From a virus (Duplodnaviria > Caudoviricetes), in IMG/VR virus record IMGVR_UViG_3300033148_005588, positions 18,833 to 82,832 of that record: a DNA stretch of 64,000 bases; one strand, given 5' to 3'. How positions within the stretch are numbered: the first letter of the stretch is position 1; every line of letters begins with the position of its first letter. Positions 28,593 to 37,133 of the stretch are shown piece by piece. The position numbers were made by a program, and so were the translations under genes. A model generated the notes under the pieces. It ran no database searches and was not told where the DNA came from. It saw nothing but the letters and a program-made list of their open reading frames with translations.

Positions 28593-29343
28593 CCTTCCTC
28601 CATTTGCTTAAGAAATAACGCTCATTCCGCTTGAGCAGCATTTTGTACTTGCTCCGCTCTATGATAAGACTGAGCTTTGGATGCTCTTGGTGGAGCACCA
28701 CCAAATCATCCCTGTACACAAAAGGTATGCCAGCATCCATTACTTTCTCCCTGAAATCATCATCATCATACGCTACACCATGAGCATATTCCTCATCAAA
28801 CCCCTCAATACCCTGGTAGTTGTCCCTGCTAATGGCAGAACAAAAGTGGTATCCTACGTTGCGCCTTTTGCTATGCTGATACCAGCGCAAGAGCTTATAC
28901 TCAAAACTCTCAGGGGCATAAAAGATTCTTCTAGGCCGGATATGTTTACAAGCACAAACAACATACAGAGAGGAGCTTCTGCTGAACTCTTGATCCAACC
29001 CTGCCAATATGTCAGTAGTGTGGATACACTCCGGACTAGTCAAGATAAAGTAATCTCCCCTAGCAGCGTCTGCTGCCTGGTTAAAGAGAGGAGCAGGATT
29101 GTATGTGTCTTTCTCAGCCTCAGGCACAGTGATCAACATATAGGACACATAGCTTGCTATGACCTTGTTGAAAGCTGCATGGAACTTAGCATCTTTAACA
29201 TTCTTAGCATCCTCTACAATGACCACTTCCCAATCCTTTCTACTACTGTAGAAGTGCCGAAATGAGGCCAAGGTATTGGCCAGCTGTGGGGCTCGGTTCC
29301 AATATGGCATCAGTATGCTGTATTTAATCCCCAACAATCCCAA
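28567..29343 (-). CDS. GT2/GT7-like glycosyltransferase
   Basis: SILMPYWNR, VIVED, GFDEEYAHGVAYDDDDF, HQEH. Confidence 0.85.
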   Translation of the reverse strand: MGLLGIKYSILMPYWNRAPQLANTLASFRHFYSSRKDWEVVIVEDAKNVKDAKFHAAFNKVIASYVSYMLITVPEAEKDTYNPAPLFNQAADAARGDYFILTSPECIHTTDILAGLDQEFSRSSSLYVVCACKHIRPRRIFYAPESFEYKLLRWYQHSKRRNVGYHFCSAISRDNYQGIEGFDEEYAHGVAYDDDDFREKVMDAGIPFVYRDDLVVLHQEHPKLSLIIERSKYKMLLKRNERYFLSKWRKGVEGSKVA

Positions 29344-30202
29344 GCATCCTCCTCAGCAAGACAGACGTTTTGGCTTTATCTTGTATGTTTCTCTCAGTCA
29401 CCGTATACTCCATTTGGCTGCTAGCTTTATGGCCTGCGTACCAATGAAGACCAATTGTCTCTGGCGGCAAAGACAAAGGCTGCTGCCTGTAGTACCGATG
29501 AGCATTTCTCACAGGGTACACAACCTCAGAAGGCAAGAGAGACACTACTGGATCATCAGACGCCGAGGACAACTTTTCCGATAGCATTTGCTCCAGCAGA
29601 AACCGCCCAAAGGTCTGATACCCTCTGATAGACTTAGGATCATACTTCAAGAGCTTCTTGCCTCGCTCGAAAACCTCTTCATAGAAGCTTTGTCCTGCGC
29701 CTTCTCCAGCTCCAAGAAATCCTATTGGGTAAACAAGCCTTCTGTCTTTTTTGTAGGTACAAAAGAAAAGGTCTGCCTCTGTGGCAAGCAGCGGCATCAG
29801 CTCACTCATAGGTTTTATGTACACAATATCAAAATCACTCCACACACCAGCAAAGGTAGAAAACAAGTACCAGCGCAGCAAATCAGACTTGTGCACCTCT
29901 GCTACCCTCTTTCTTATGCCAAGAGAGTAAAAGCTCACTTCTACCAGCTCAACTCTCTCCAGCGTCTGGAGCTTGCTGAAATAGTTTGAGTAGTTCCTAG
30001 GCACCCGACAACCCACTTGCTCTTTGGTGCTCCAAGTTTCTCCTCTCCCCTTGTCCCGGGAGTAGTATATGTGAACTTCCCAGTCAGGATTCAGACTAAC
30101 AAAGCTCTTCACAGTCAAATACCGCATAAGGGACAGCGGCCTATTGCGGCCCCAATACAAAAACAGCCTCTTAGGAATCTTCTCACAGGCCCACCTACTC
30201 AT
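29324..30202 (-). CDS. DXD glycosyltransferase (GT32-like)
   Basis: IPKRLFLYWG, SDLLRWY, GVWSDFDIVY, GLHWYAG. Confidence 0.8.
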   Translation of the reverse strand: MSRWACEKIPKRLFLYWGRNRPLSLMRYLTVKSFVSLNPDWEVHIYYSRDKGRGETWSTKEQVGCRVPRNYSNYFSKLQTLERVELVEVSFYSLGIRKRVAEVHKSDLLRWYLFSTFAGVWSDFDIVYIKPMSELMPLLATEADLFFCTYKKDRRLVYPIGFLGAGEGAGQSFYEEVFERGKKLLKYDPKSIRGYQTFGRFLLEQMLSEKLSSASDDPVVSLLPSEVVYPVRNAHRYYRQQPLSLPPETIGLHWYAGHKASSQMEYTVTERNIQDKAKTSVLLRRMLGIVGD

Positions 30203-30753
30203 CTCTTCTTACCTCTCTCCATAATGTATGTTCCTACCAAAACAGAACCTGCTCTGTTCCACCCTTGGTGAAGGCGCTTGAATCCTAAAGCAACCAACTC
30301 CCTATGTGTCCATTGATATCTATGGGTCTCATAAGGGTTTCCATAGACGCTTCCATCTTGCTCACAAGGCGTAATAGGAATTGTTAGAAAGACAGCTTCC
30401 AACTTGCTGCCTTTCTGCCCTAATAGTTCTTTCAGCTTAAAGACAAGCACAGTAGCGTCTTCATAAGGCAAGTGCTCCAACACATCTCCAAGGATTATAA
30501 TGTGATAATTGCCAAAGCGATCAAATTCTCTTATGTCCATTGCATAAACCACATCATAAACCTCTCTAAGTTTGTATTTGTTAATGTATGGCTTCCAAAT
30601 TTCCACTCCATCTATTTTAGCAACATTCCCACAAAGCAGCCTTCCCCACTTTCCTGCTCCAGCACCAATATCCAAAATGGCTCTCTTGGGATTAGCCAAA
30701 ATGCTCTGGAGCATAATCTTTTCACCTTCCCTTGGTTGCTCGGACATAGGCAT
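30199..30753 (-). CDS. Class I SAM-dependent methyltransferase
   Basis: ILDIGAGAGKWG, GDVLEHL. Confidence 0.85.
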   Translation of the reverse strand: MPMSEQPREGEKIMLQSILANPKRAILDIGAGAGKWGRLLCGNVAKIDGVEIWKPYINKYKLREVYDVVYAMDIREFDRFGNYHIIILGDVLEHLPYEDATVLVFKLKELLGQKGSKLEAVFLTIPITPCEQDGSVYGNPYETHRYQWTHRELVALGFKRLHQGWNRAGSVLVGTYIMERGKKR

Positions 30754-30760
30754 CTGTGCT

Positions 30761-31045
30761 TTACTCCTCTGGCAAATTGTAAGTTCTTACCTCAGCAGTC
30801 GCCCCTAAGCTGCCTCTCTCTATGGCTTCAGCCAAGCGCCTATTGATCTCATCTCTCAAGCGTACTCGTTGTTCTCCGGCCTTCCGTGCCTTAAACTCTA
30901 AGAGAGAAATCTTTTTATGGTTTGGATTTGGCTTCCTTCTCTCTGCCAATATTGCCATGTTACTATCGTAGCACTTTATGTTCTCTATCGAGAGCTTGTC
31001 TATTAGCTCTCCTATAGAACAAATGAAATCGTAAGCCTCCCTCAT
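30761..31045 (-). CDS. Small helical protein (SIGELIDKLSIENIK motif, DUF4254-like)
   Basis: Motif common in polysaccharide/GT clusters. Confidence 0.55.
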   Translation of the reverse strand: MREAYDFICSIGELIDKLSIENIKCYDSNMAILAERRKPNPNHKKISLLEFKARKAGEQRVRLRDEINRRLAEAIERGSLGATAEVRTYNLPEE

Positions 31046-31047
31046 AC

Positions 31048-31845
31048 CTATTCCTTTCGCATGTGACCAAATTCTTTTGTCCGTTTAAAGTGCCTCCGCT
31101 CTCCTGCCTCTTGGTGATACACAATGGAAGACCTGCTCATCACAAACCTAGCTCCGGCCTCGTGGCAACGCTGAAAAAATCTCACATCAGGTGCTCTAGG
31201 TCTATCTTCCGCTAATTCCAACTCCCAAGGCCCATACAACTCCCACCACTTCTTATTAAATACATAAGGAAAACCAAGGGCACTGCGCCAGCTTCCTCGC
31301 TCTTCTTCTGTCTCTAAACGATTAGCATAGAGTCGCCTATAAAGAAGCAGAAATTGCTCCTCATCAAACTCTCCTTCTCTTACAGCTCCCAAATCAGCTG
31401 TTATGACGCAGTTACTTCTTATTGGGCTTAAGAGCATGGAACTAACAATAATATTCTCATCAATGTACTTGAGCAAATTAGCTAACCAGTTTCTACCAAA
31501 GTAAACATCAGAATTGACAAGGCAAGCATACTCATTCAATTCAAAACAACAATCTAAAGCCTCATTAATCATAGCTCTTATATTCGGTATGTATCCTATG
31601 TTGCTGTCTTCTGTATAAGTTAAGTGATGTAGATGGCAGAAGCTCTTTAAACGATCAAGGTACTCCAATAGACGATCTGGTGCTTTCCATGTCACAACTA
31701 CATAATCAATATTCTCAGTAGGGACACCTGCATTCTCAAACAAAGATGTAGTGCTGTAGCGAAACATCTCATAGTCCAGTGAGATCATATTGCCTACTGA
31801 GATGCGTCTTTCAGTACGCTTCTTATCAGACTCGTTATGGTGCAT
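31048..31845 (-). CDS. GT2-like glycosyltransferase
   Basis: VNSDVYFGRNWL, PDVRFFQR, IVYHQ. Confidence 0.7.
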   Translation of the reverse strand: MHHNESDKKRTERRISVGNMISLDYEMFRYSTTSLFENAGVPTENIDYVVVTWKAPDRLLEYLDRLKSFCHLHHLTYTEDSNIGYIPNIRAMINEALDCCFELNEYACLVNSDVYFGRNWLANLLKYIDENIIVSSMLLSPIRSNCVITADLGAVREGEFDEEQFLLLYRRLYANRLETEEERGSWRSALGFPYVFNKKWWELYGPWELELAEDRPRAPDVRFFQRCHEAGARFVMSRSSIVYHQEAGERRHFKRTKEFGHMRKE

Positions 31846-32621
31846 CGGTTTCTCTTATCCCAATAGTTTGATCTGGTAATTCTATTGTTGAAATCTTGAT
31901 TGTTGCCCGCATACCAATGAACACCAATTGTTTCCTCTGGCAACTTAACTCTTCTGTGAAACAAAAGTCTTCTGTATCTCTTTTGCGCTTGTGTGTCGGC
32001 AAAAGGAAAAACAATCTTAGGGTCTAACCACTTCACCTTCTTCAACCTAAGTAACAACCACACCTTATCCGGAGAAAACAAAGGAGCTCCTAAGCATTCA
32101 TAGGTTCCAGTAGTGGCAGCAAGTGCCTCTTTATACATATCAAGAAAAAACTCATCTCCTCCCTCTTTTGCTCGCATAAACGAAACAGTAACGTAACCAG
32201 GCAATGGGTACTGCCTGAAACGAATCAACTCTACATTAGCCTCTGTCTCTGGCAAAGGCCGAAAATACAGTATGTCTGTGTCGCTCACTGTGCCTCCATG
32301 AAAAGCCAATATATACCAAGAAAGCAAATCGCTCGTGTAGATGTCGTTATATCTCAACTCTGCTACCTCTTTGCAAAAGTCTTCCAGATAGACAATCTGT
32401 ATCAAACCCTGATCCTTCAACCTGAAAACATTAGGAAGATAATCAGGCCCTTTATAAGTGCTGAAGTCCTGCTTGACTTCCCACTCACTTACCAAGGGCT
32501 GCTCTCTTAGAACTTCTCTGCGTAGTACAAGAGATACTTGCTCGTTGTATTTACAAGCAGAGTACAAACTCATGTATCTAAGAAAGCTCAGCTTTTGTCC
32601 TCCCCAATAGAAATAAATCAT
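31794..32621 (-). CDS. DXD glycosyltransferase (GT32-like), paralog of 29324-30202
   Basis: IYFYWG, SDLLSWY, GGTVSDTDILY, GVHWYAG. Confidence 0.8.
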   Translation of the reverse strand: MIYFYWGGQKLSFLRYMSLYSACKYNEQVSLVLRREVLREQPLVSEWEVKQDFSTYKGPDYLPNVFRLKDQGLIQIVYLEDFCKEVAELRYNDIYTSDLLSWYILAFHGGTVSDTDILYFRPLPETEANVELIRFRQYPLPGYVTVSFMRAKEGGDEFFLDMYKEALAATTGTYECLGAPLFSPDKVWLLLRLKKVKWLDPKIVFPFADTQAQKRYRRLLFHRRVKLPEETIGVHWYAGNNQDFNNRITRSNYWDKRNRCTITSLIRSVLKDASQ

Positions 32622-33583
32622 ACATGATCCCTATGATCCAATTCTTTTCTCAACCCATCCAAGAAGTTATTGTAATCAGTATAATAACAGTATCTACACT
32701 TGCTACCATCAAAAGGCTCCTGATTGATCCAGTGCTTTATGTGAAGGTTCATCCTTGCTTCCAGGCTATAATCTTTAACAGAACTAAGCCCAGCATATTG
32801 TATTCCACAACAAGGATAAAGAAAACCATCAGCCGCAACAACAGGCTTTAACAAAGAAATCCAGCAACGCTTTGTTCCTGGTCTGGGAGTCTTTCTATTC
32901 TGAAATAGAACAATCGGGTCTTTAGGCTCTTCTACTATAGGCACGTTCTCTATATCAAGTAAATTACTCACCACCCTAACATGAGTAAAATTATATTCTT
33001 TTGCCTTCTGGACGTACTTCTTGAGATTCTCTGGCTTATGGTCTCTTTTAACAACATAAGAAAAAGCCCAATCTACACCAGGAGCCTGCTTAATGGCCCT
33101 CTCCACCTTGCTCCACCAGCTATCGCTAAACTCTACTTCATCAGAGCACGAAATTCTACACCACAAGACATTTGCCCAATCCAGTGCTCTCAAACGATCT
33201 ATTACATCCCCGTTGGTCACCAGTCCTATGCTTATGCCCATCTCCGATAGACTATAGATAATATCAGCAATGCTAGGGTGCAAAAGTGGTTCTCCTCCTC
33301 CAGTAATAGTCACTGACCGACAGCCTAGCTTTTTAAACTCCTGCATAATTCTCAAGATTGCCTTAAAGGGCAGCTCCAAACTCTTATCTCTATCAGAGCA
33401 AGAGCAAAAGCGGCATTGCCTGGTGCATTTATTAGTAGGACACAGTTGCACATGAACAGGTGGTATGAACTGTTTCTCCACAATGCTTTCAATGGTGCGG
33501 TAGTCTTGAGCCAGCTTCAAAGGGAATTGATCTGCTGCAGTGTAAGAATGTAATTTTTTCATCGCCAATACTCCTTTACCCAC
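32618..33583 (-). CDS. Radical SAM protein with SPASM/twitch domain
   Basis: CTRQCRFC (CX3CX2C), TGGGEP, C-terminal C...ADG..YPCC...CRYC. Confidence 0.9.
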   Translation of the reverse strand: MGKGVLAMKKLHSYTAADQFPLKLAQDYRTIESIVEKQFIPPVHVQLCPTNKCTRQCRFCSCSDRDKSLELPFKAILRIMQEFKKLGCRSVTITGGGEPLLHPSIADIIYSLSEMGISIGLVTNGDVIDRLRALDWANVLWCRISCSDEVEFSDSWWSKVERAIKQAPGVDWAFSYVVKRDHKPENLKKYVQKAKEYNFTHVRVVSNLLDIENVPIVEEPKDPIVLFQNRKTPRPGTKRCWISLLKPVVAADGFLYPCCGIQYAGLSSVKDYSLEARMNLHIKHWINQEPFDGSKCRYCYYTDYNNFLDGLRKELDHRDHV

Positions 33584-34194
33584 CCATCATCAACTTCATG
33601 GGGTAGTGGGCTTCCATGAAAGCAAACTATTGTGGCGTCGTCCGGGAGGCCTTCTCCTCTGCAATGGCGTTTATAGCTATAAACGTTAATAAGGCTCTGG
33701 ATTGGCTTCATGGGAATCCTTAACCTCTTTGCCATATGGGCAATGTATTTTTGATCCCAAGAGAACAAGTCTATATGCTTTTCACGAAACCCGGATTGGA
33801 TAGCTTTCAAAGAACCCATCCATGCCATAACACCACTAGCCCATCCAGCACGTCTAAAAGGTTTAAGCATATACAGCACCTGTCCGTCTGACTCTTGGAC
33901 TTCTTCTGCTATAGGAGTAATGTCGTTGACGATGATGGTGTCGAGATCAAAATAAATGCAAGGCCCCTCATAAGAGAAAACATCCACTTTGCCCCACCAC
34001 TTTGGTTTATCACAAGGCACACAAGAGATTCCTGCTATCTGCTTATCAGTGAGACAAATAAACTCATGTTCCCAAAGCAAGTGTTGCTTGACCATATTTC
34101 TCAAACGATAAACATAGTCAGCGTTGTATTTCTCACCTACTTTAACACAAAGAACCTTGACTCTCACAGAGTGCCTCACAACAGACTGCTCCAA
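33559..34194 (-). CDS. GT-A glycosyltransferase (GT8-like)
   Basis: KYNADYV.RL, WWGK, YFDLDTII, WDQ, VCFHG.P.PH. Confidence 0.85.
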   Translation of the reverse strand: MEQSVVRHSVRVKVLCVKVGEKYNADYVYRLRNMVKQHLLWEHEFICLTDKQIAGISCVPCDKPKWWGKVDVFSYEGPCIYFDLDTIIVNDITPIAEEVQESDGQVLYMLKPFRRAGWASGVMAWMGSLKAIQSGFREKHIDLFSWDQKYIAHMAKRLRIPMKPIQSLINVYSYKRHCRGEGLPDDATIVCFHGSPLPHEVDDGWVKEYWR

Positions 34195-34412
34195 TACTTA
34201 TCCTCCGGTTCTGGCTGTTCAGTAACAAACCCTATTTTTGAAACTGTGTTAGTATCAAAACGCAAAAACCCTCTGTCAGCGCTTATATTCTCACTCTGCT
34301 CTTGTCCTTCTACTAAAGAGTTAAGCACCAGTTCAACTCTCTTAAGCACACAAGAGACATCTTTCAATAGTTGTACCTGTTCCTGTTTGCTAATCACCAT
34401 TGTCTCCTCCAA
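34176..34412 (-). CDS. Hypothetical protein
   Basis: ORF within the island. Confidence 0.5.
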   Translation of the reverse strand: MEETMVISKQEQVQLLKDVSCVLKRVELVLNSLVEGQEQSENISADRGFLRFDTNTVSKIGFVTEQPEPEDKYWSSLL

Positions 34413-35082
34413 TTTTCTCTTCTTTGGTTAAGTATTCTTCCAAGGTCATTATAGGAAATTGGTCAATAGCGCTTCCGGGTGTACAATTGACTATCTCCAA
34501 ACCCAACCCCTCTGCCTCCTTGGCTATACGAGGGTAGTGCTGGAGAAATCTGGCATAAGGGTTTTTGTCAGGAGAGGGATGGTCATTGTGCCAATTGGTC
34601 TTCCCGTCCACTCTTCTCATATCAAACCCCAAGAGCACTACCCTCCTGGCTCCCAGGTGATAGGCAAAATTGATTGCGCTTGAGCCGCTACAACCATTCC
34701 ACGCTACATAGGTGGGCCTAGCTTCAATGCCTGCTGGCTTGCCTCTCTTGTATCCTACCATCGCGGTTTTATTCAAGAACTTTGGGACACAATGGGCAAT
34801 AATACCAGGGTACTCTCGTAGTCCCAGGTGGATGTGCTGCTCAAACCACTTACTATCTCCAAACCAGCATGCATCAACCCAGCTTCTAGGCTCATACCGG
34901 CAAGCTTTGCCTTCTGAGCCAGCACCAAGCACAGGGTCTCCGTAGGCGTTGTTTATGCCTATGATGCGCCTATTCCGTATCAGGCTCAGGTCTACTTGGT
35001 TTAACCCTGGCCCTCCGCCTAGAAGGAACACCACTGCTCCTTTCCACAGTTGAGGTAGTGGGGGCTGTGTCGTCATCTTCAT
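34390..35082 (-). CDS. DUF115/MAF-like (sialyltransferase-fold) putative glycosyltransferase
   Basis: LLGGGPGL, IGINNAY, SGSSAINFAYHLGARRVVLLGFDM, NWH. Confidence 0.7.
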   Translation of the reverse strand: MKMTTQPPLPQLWKGAVVFLLGGGPGLNQVDLSLIRNRRIIGINNAYGDPVLGAGSEGKACRYEPRSWVDACWFGDSKWFEQHIHLGLREYPGIIAHCVPKFLNKTAMVGYKRGKPAGIEARPTYVAWNGCSGSSAINFAYHLGARRVVLLGFDMRRVDGKTNWHNDHPSPDKNPYARFLQHYPRIAKEAEGLGLEIVNCTPGSAIDQFPIMTLEEYLTKEEKIGGDNGD

Positions 35083-35473
35083 CCTCTTGTTCCTCTTCCT
35101 CTTCTGTGGTAGTAGCCTCTGGCAAATCAACCTCTCCTCTCACAAGAGCCTCAGCTTCCACCTTGTTCAAGTAGCCTTCATTGATCTGCTCTCCGGTTTC
35201 TTTGTTAATCACAACATACCGTCCAGCGCCTCGATGAATCATCTTGAGACTGATCTTTGGCTCAAACGCCGTCTCCGGTTCCTCAATAGCTTGAGCTTCC
35301 TCGGGATTAACAGGCTCCATTATGTCCAAGAAAGCCTTGACTCTGCTGGGCTGGGCATAGAAAGTGTCCCCAGCCCGCAAAGTCTTTCGCTTTCCTGTCT
35401 CTGGATCACGCATGTTAAACTTCCCACTAATCATCCTGTAAAGAATCTTCTCTTCTCCTCCAGCCATAGTCAT
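34970..35473 (-). CDS. Acidic protein following the capsid gene
   Basis: ORF directly after MCP; E/D-rich tail overlapping the next gene. Confidence 0.6.
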   Translation of the reverse strand: MTMAGGEEKILYRMISGKFNMRDPETGKRKTLRAGDTFYAQPSRVKAFLDIMEPVNPEEAQAIEEPETAFEPKISLKMIHRGAGRYVVINKETGEQINEGYLNKVEAEALVRGEVDLPEATTTEEEEEQEDEDDDTAPTTSTVERSSGVPSRRRARVKPSRPEPDTE

Positions 35474-35547
35474 GTTTCTCTGGCCTCCTTTCTCTTTGGT
35501 TAAGAGCTTAAGAGTTGTTAGTGCCTGTGTCTCTCCCTAGAGAGAGA

Positions 35548-36549
35548 TTAGCTGTAGTGGACAATACCACAACGACCACTTTGGTCATGTCTGGTCTGTG
35601 GTACCTGAATGACCATCACCTTGAAGTTGATCTTCATTCCTCCCTCACTATCCCACTGGACTGTGGTGATAGGCAAGCCATTCACCAAGCGAATAACGTC
35701 ACTGGTCATTTGAACCAGCAAAACATTATCGTCGGTAAGCTTGTCAGCCACCTTGACATCCTGGATGTTAGAAATCCGCAGGATACGCTCTCTGATAGTG
35801 ACATCGGAGTTGGCTTTAAAGTCATCATCCAACGTAGCCTCATAGTTCGTAGGTACATAAAGTACATACGGCCCATAGGCTCTATCACTAATAGCAGCCT
35901 GCTTCATTGCGATAACATCCCCAAGGATGTCGCTGCCATCTTGGGCACTTTCATCCCAGTTTCCGGTCAGCGAGCCAGTATTCCGATTTGGCTCATCTGT
36001 ATACCCGTAAATGGTACCACCACCAAAGGTGTATGTACTTGCTCCAGTAAAGAGAATTTCCTCTACCTTCTCAGCAACTTTACGGGCAGCCAGCTCTGCC
36101 ATTGTAGTATCCAACGGCATATTGCCGCTGCGTGAGGCTTCAATTTCCCTTATAGAGAAAGAGAAGTCTTTGTGGATAATTGGCAAGGGCAGATAGCTGA
36201 TGTCAAACTCAGGTCTATCCCTGCGTCCTTTAACCACACCATCCATATTCATCTCGGCATCCTCAATGTCGCTAGCATCCTGGTATCCTAGCACGGTCTT
36301 CCCTAAACCATTAGGAATGTCATAGGTCAGACCACGAGCTTCCAGGTCAGCCACACCAACAAGCCTCTCTTGGTAGGCTTTGAGAACAGCCTTATCAATA
36401 GCCTTCCATTCATCATAGAGCAAGACATCATTTGTCCTGAGAGCATTTACATTCAACTCGTTCTGAAGCAGCTTCTGAGCAACATTACCAAATGCCTTGC
36501 CTTTACCAAAGTTAACGAAATCAATGTTCGCTTCACCTTTGTGCTTCAT
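35548..36549 (-). CDS. Major capsid protein (HK97 fold, encapsulin/linocin-like family)
   Basis: 333 aa; RLVGVADL..RGL, PLPIIHKDF....RE..ASR, P..R.DQSGRCGIVHYS; position. Confidence 0.85.
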   Translation of the reverse strand: MKHKGEANIDFVNFGKGKAFGNVAQKLLQNELNVNALRTNDVLLYDEWKAIDKAVLKAYQERLVGVADLEARGLTYDIPNGLGKTVLGYQDASDIEDAEMNMDGVVKGRRDRPEFDISYLPLPIIHKDFSFSIREIEASRSGNMPLDTTMAELAARKVAEKVEEILFTGASTYTFGGGTIYGYTDEPNRNTGSLTGNWDESAQDGSDILGDVIAMKQAAISDRAYGPYVLYVPTNYEATLDDDFKANSDVTIRERILRISNIQDVKVADKLTDDNVLLVQMTSDVIRLVNGLPITTVQWDSEGGMKINFKVMVIQVPQTRHDQSGRCGIVHYS

Positions 36550-36610
36550 ATCATTCTTACCTCCTCTTCTTCTGTGCTATGTATTTGTAGTCAAAATGTC
36601 ACACCCTATC

Positions 36611-37081
36611 CTACACAGCCACCGCCTTAATAAGCGCAGCCCCTTGTCCAGAGCTAGAAGCATTCAGAGCCTCAAGCGCTTGGGCCACTATGCGGTTTGT
36701 GTACTCTGTTCCAGTGTACGCTGAGCTTTCCACCGGAGCGGTGTGTTTTTGAAAGTAGCCATTCCCTTTGGATTCCAGAAAGTCTCCAAAAGAGATGTTC
36801 TCTCCATCAGCTACATAAGCTAGAAATTCATCACCAGGACGCAGATGCACAAACTGGCACCTGTCTCCAGCAGAGTAGCTGTCTCCAATTTCCTGGCCCT
36901 CAAGAGAGTTCTCAATAGCAACCATGGCGGTTGCGTTCCCCCCTTGAGTGCTGTGAGGTTGGATTGTGTCATCATCTGTCACATACTCCACAAGCATACC
37001 AGGATAAATGGTTTTCCCGGTGTTAACTTCTGCTTCTTTCTGCAGCGGATCACCTTTCAACACTATTGTTTTGTAGCTCAT
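36611..37081 (-). CDS. Capsid decoration/cement protein
   Basis: IYPGMLVE...VA.EN..EG..I.D.Y..GD; between scaffold and MCP. Confidence 0.7.
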   Translation of the reverse strand: MSYKTIVLKGDPLQKEAEVNTGKTIYPGMLVEYVTDDDTIQPHSTQGGNATAMVAIENSLEGQEIGDSYSAGDRCQFVHLRPGDEFLAYVADGENISFGDFLESKGNGYFQKHTAPVESSAYTGTEYTNRIVAQALEALNASSSGQGAALIKAVAV

Positions 37082-37133
37082 ACTTCTGTTACCTCCTGTA
37101 TATGTTTATTTGTTGCGTGTGTGCTCTTTTTGC

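Noticed and set aside
34970-35082. Ser/Thr-rich tail as the glycan acceptor
   Set aside because: Most of that tail is the alternate-frame reading of the overlapping transferase gene, so its composition is not independent evidence
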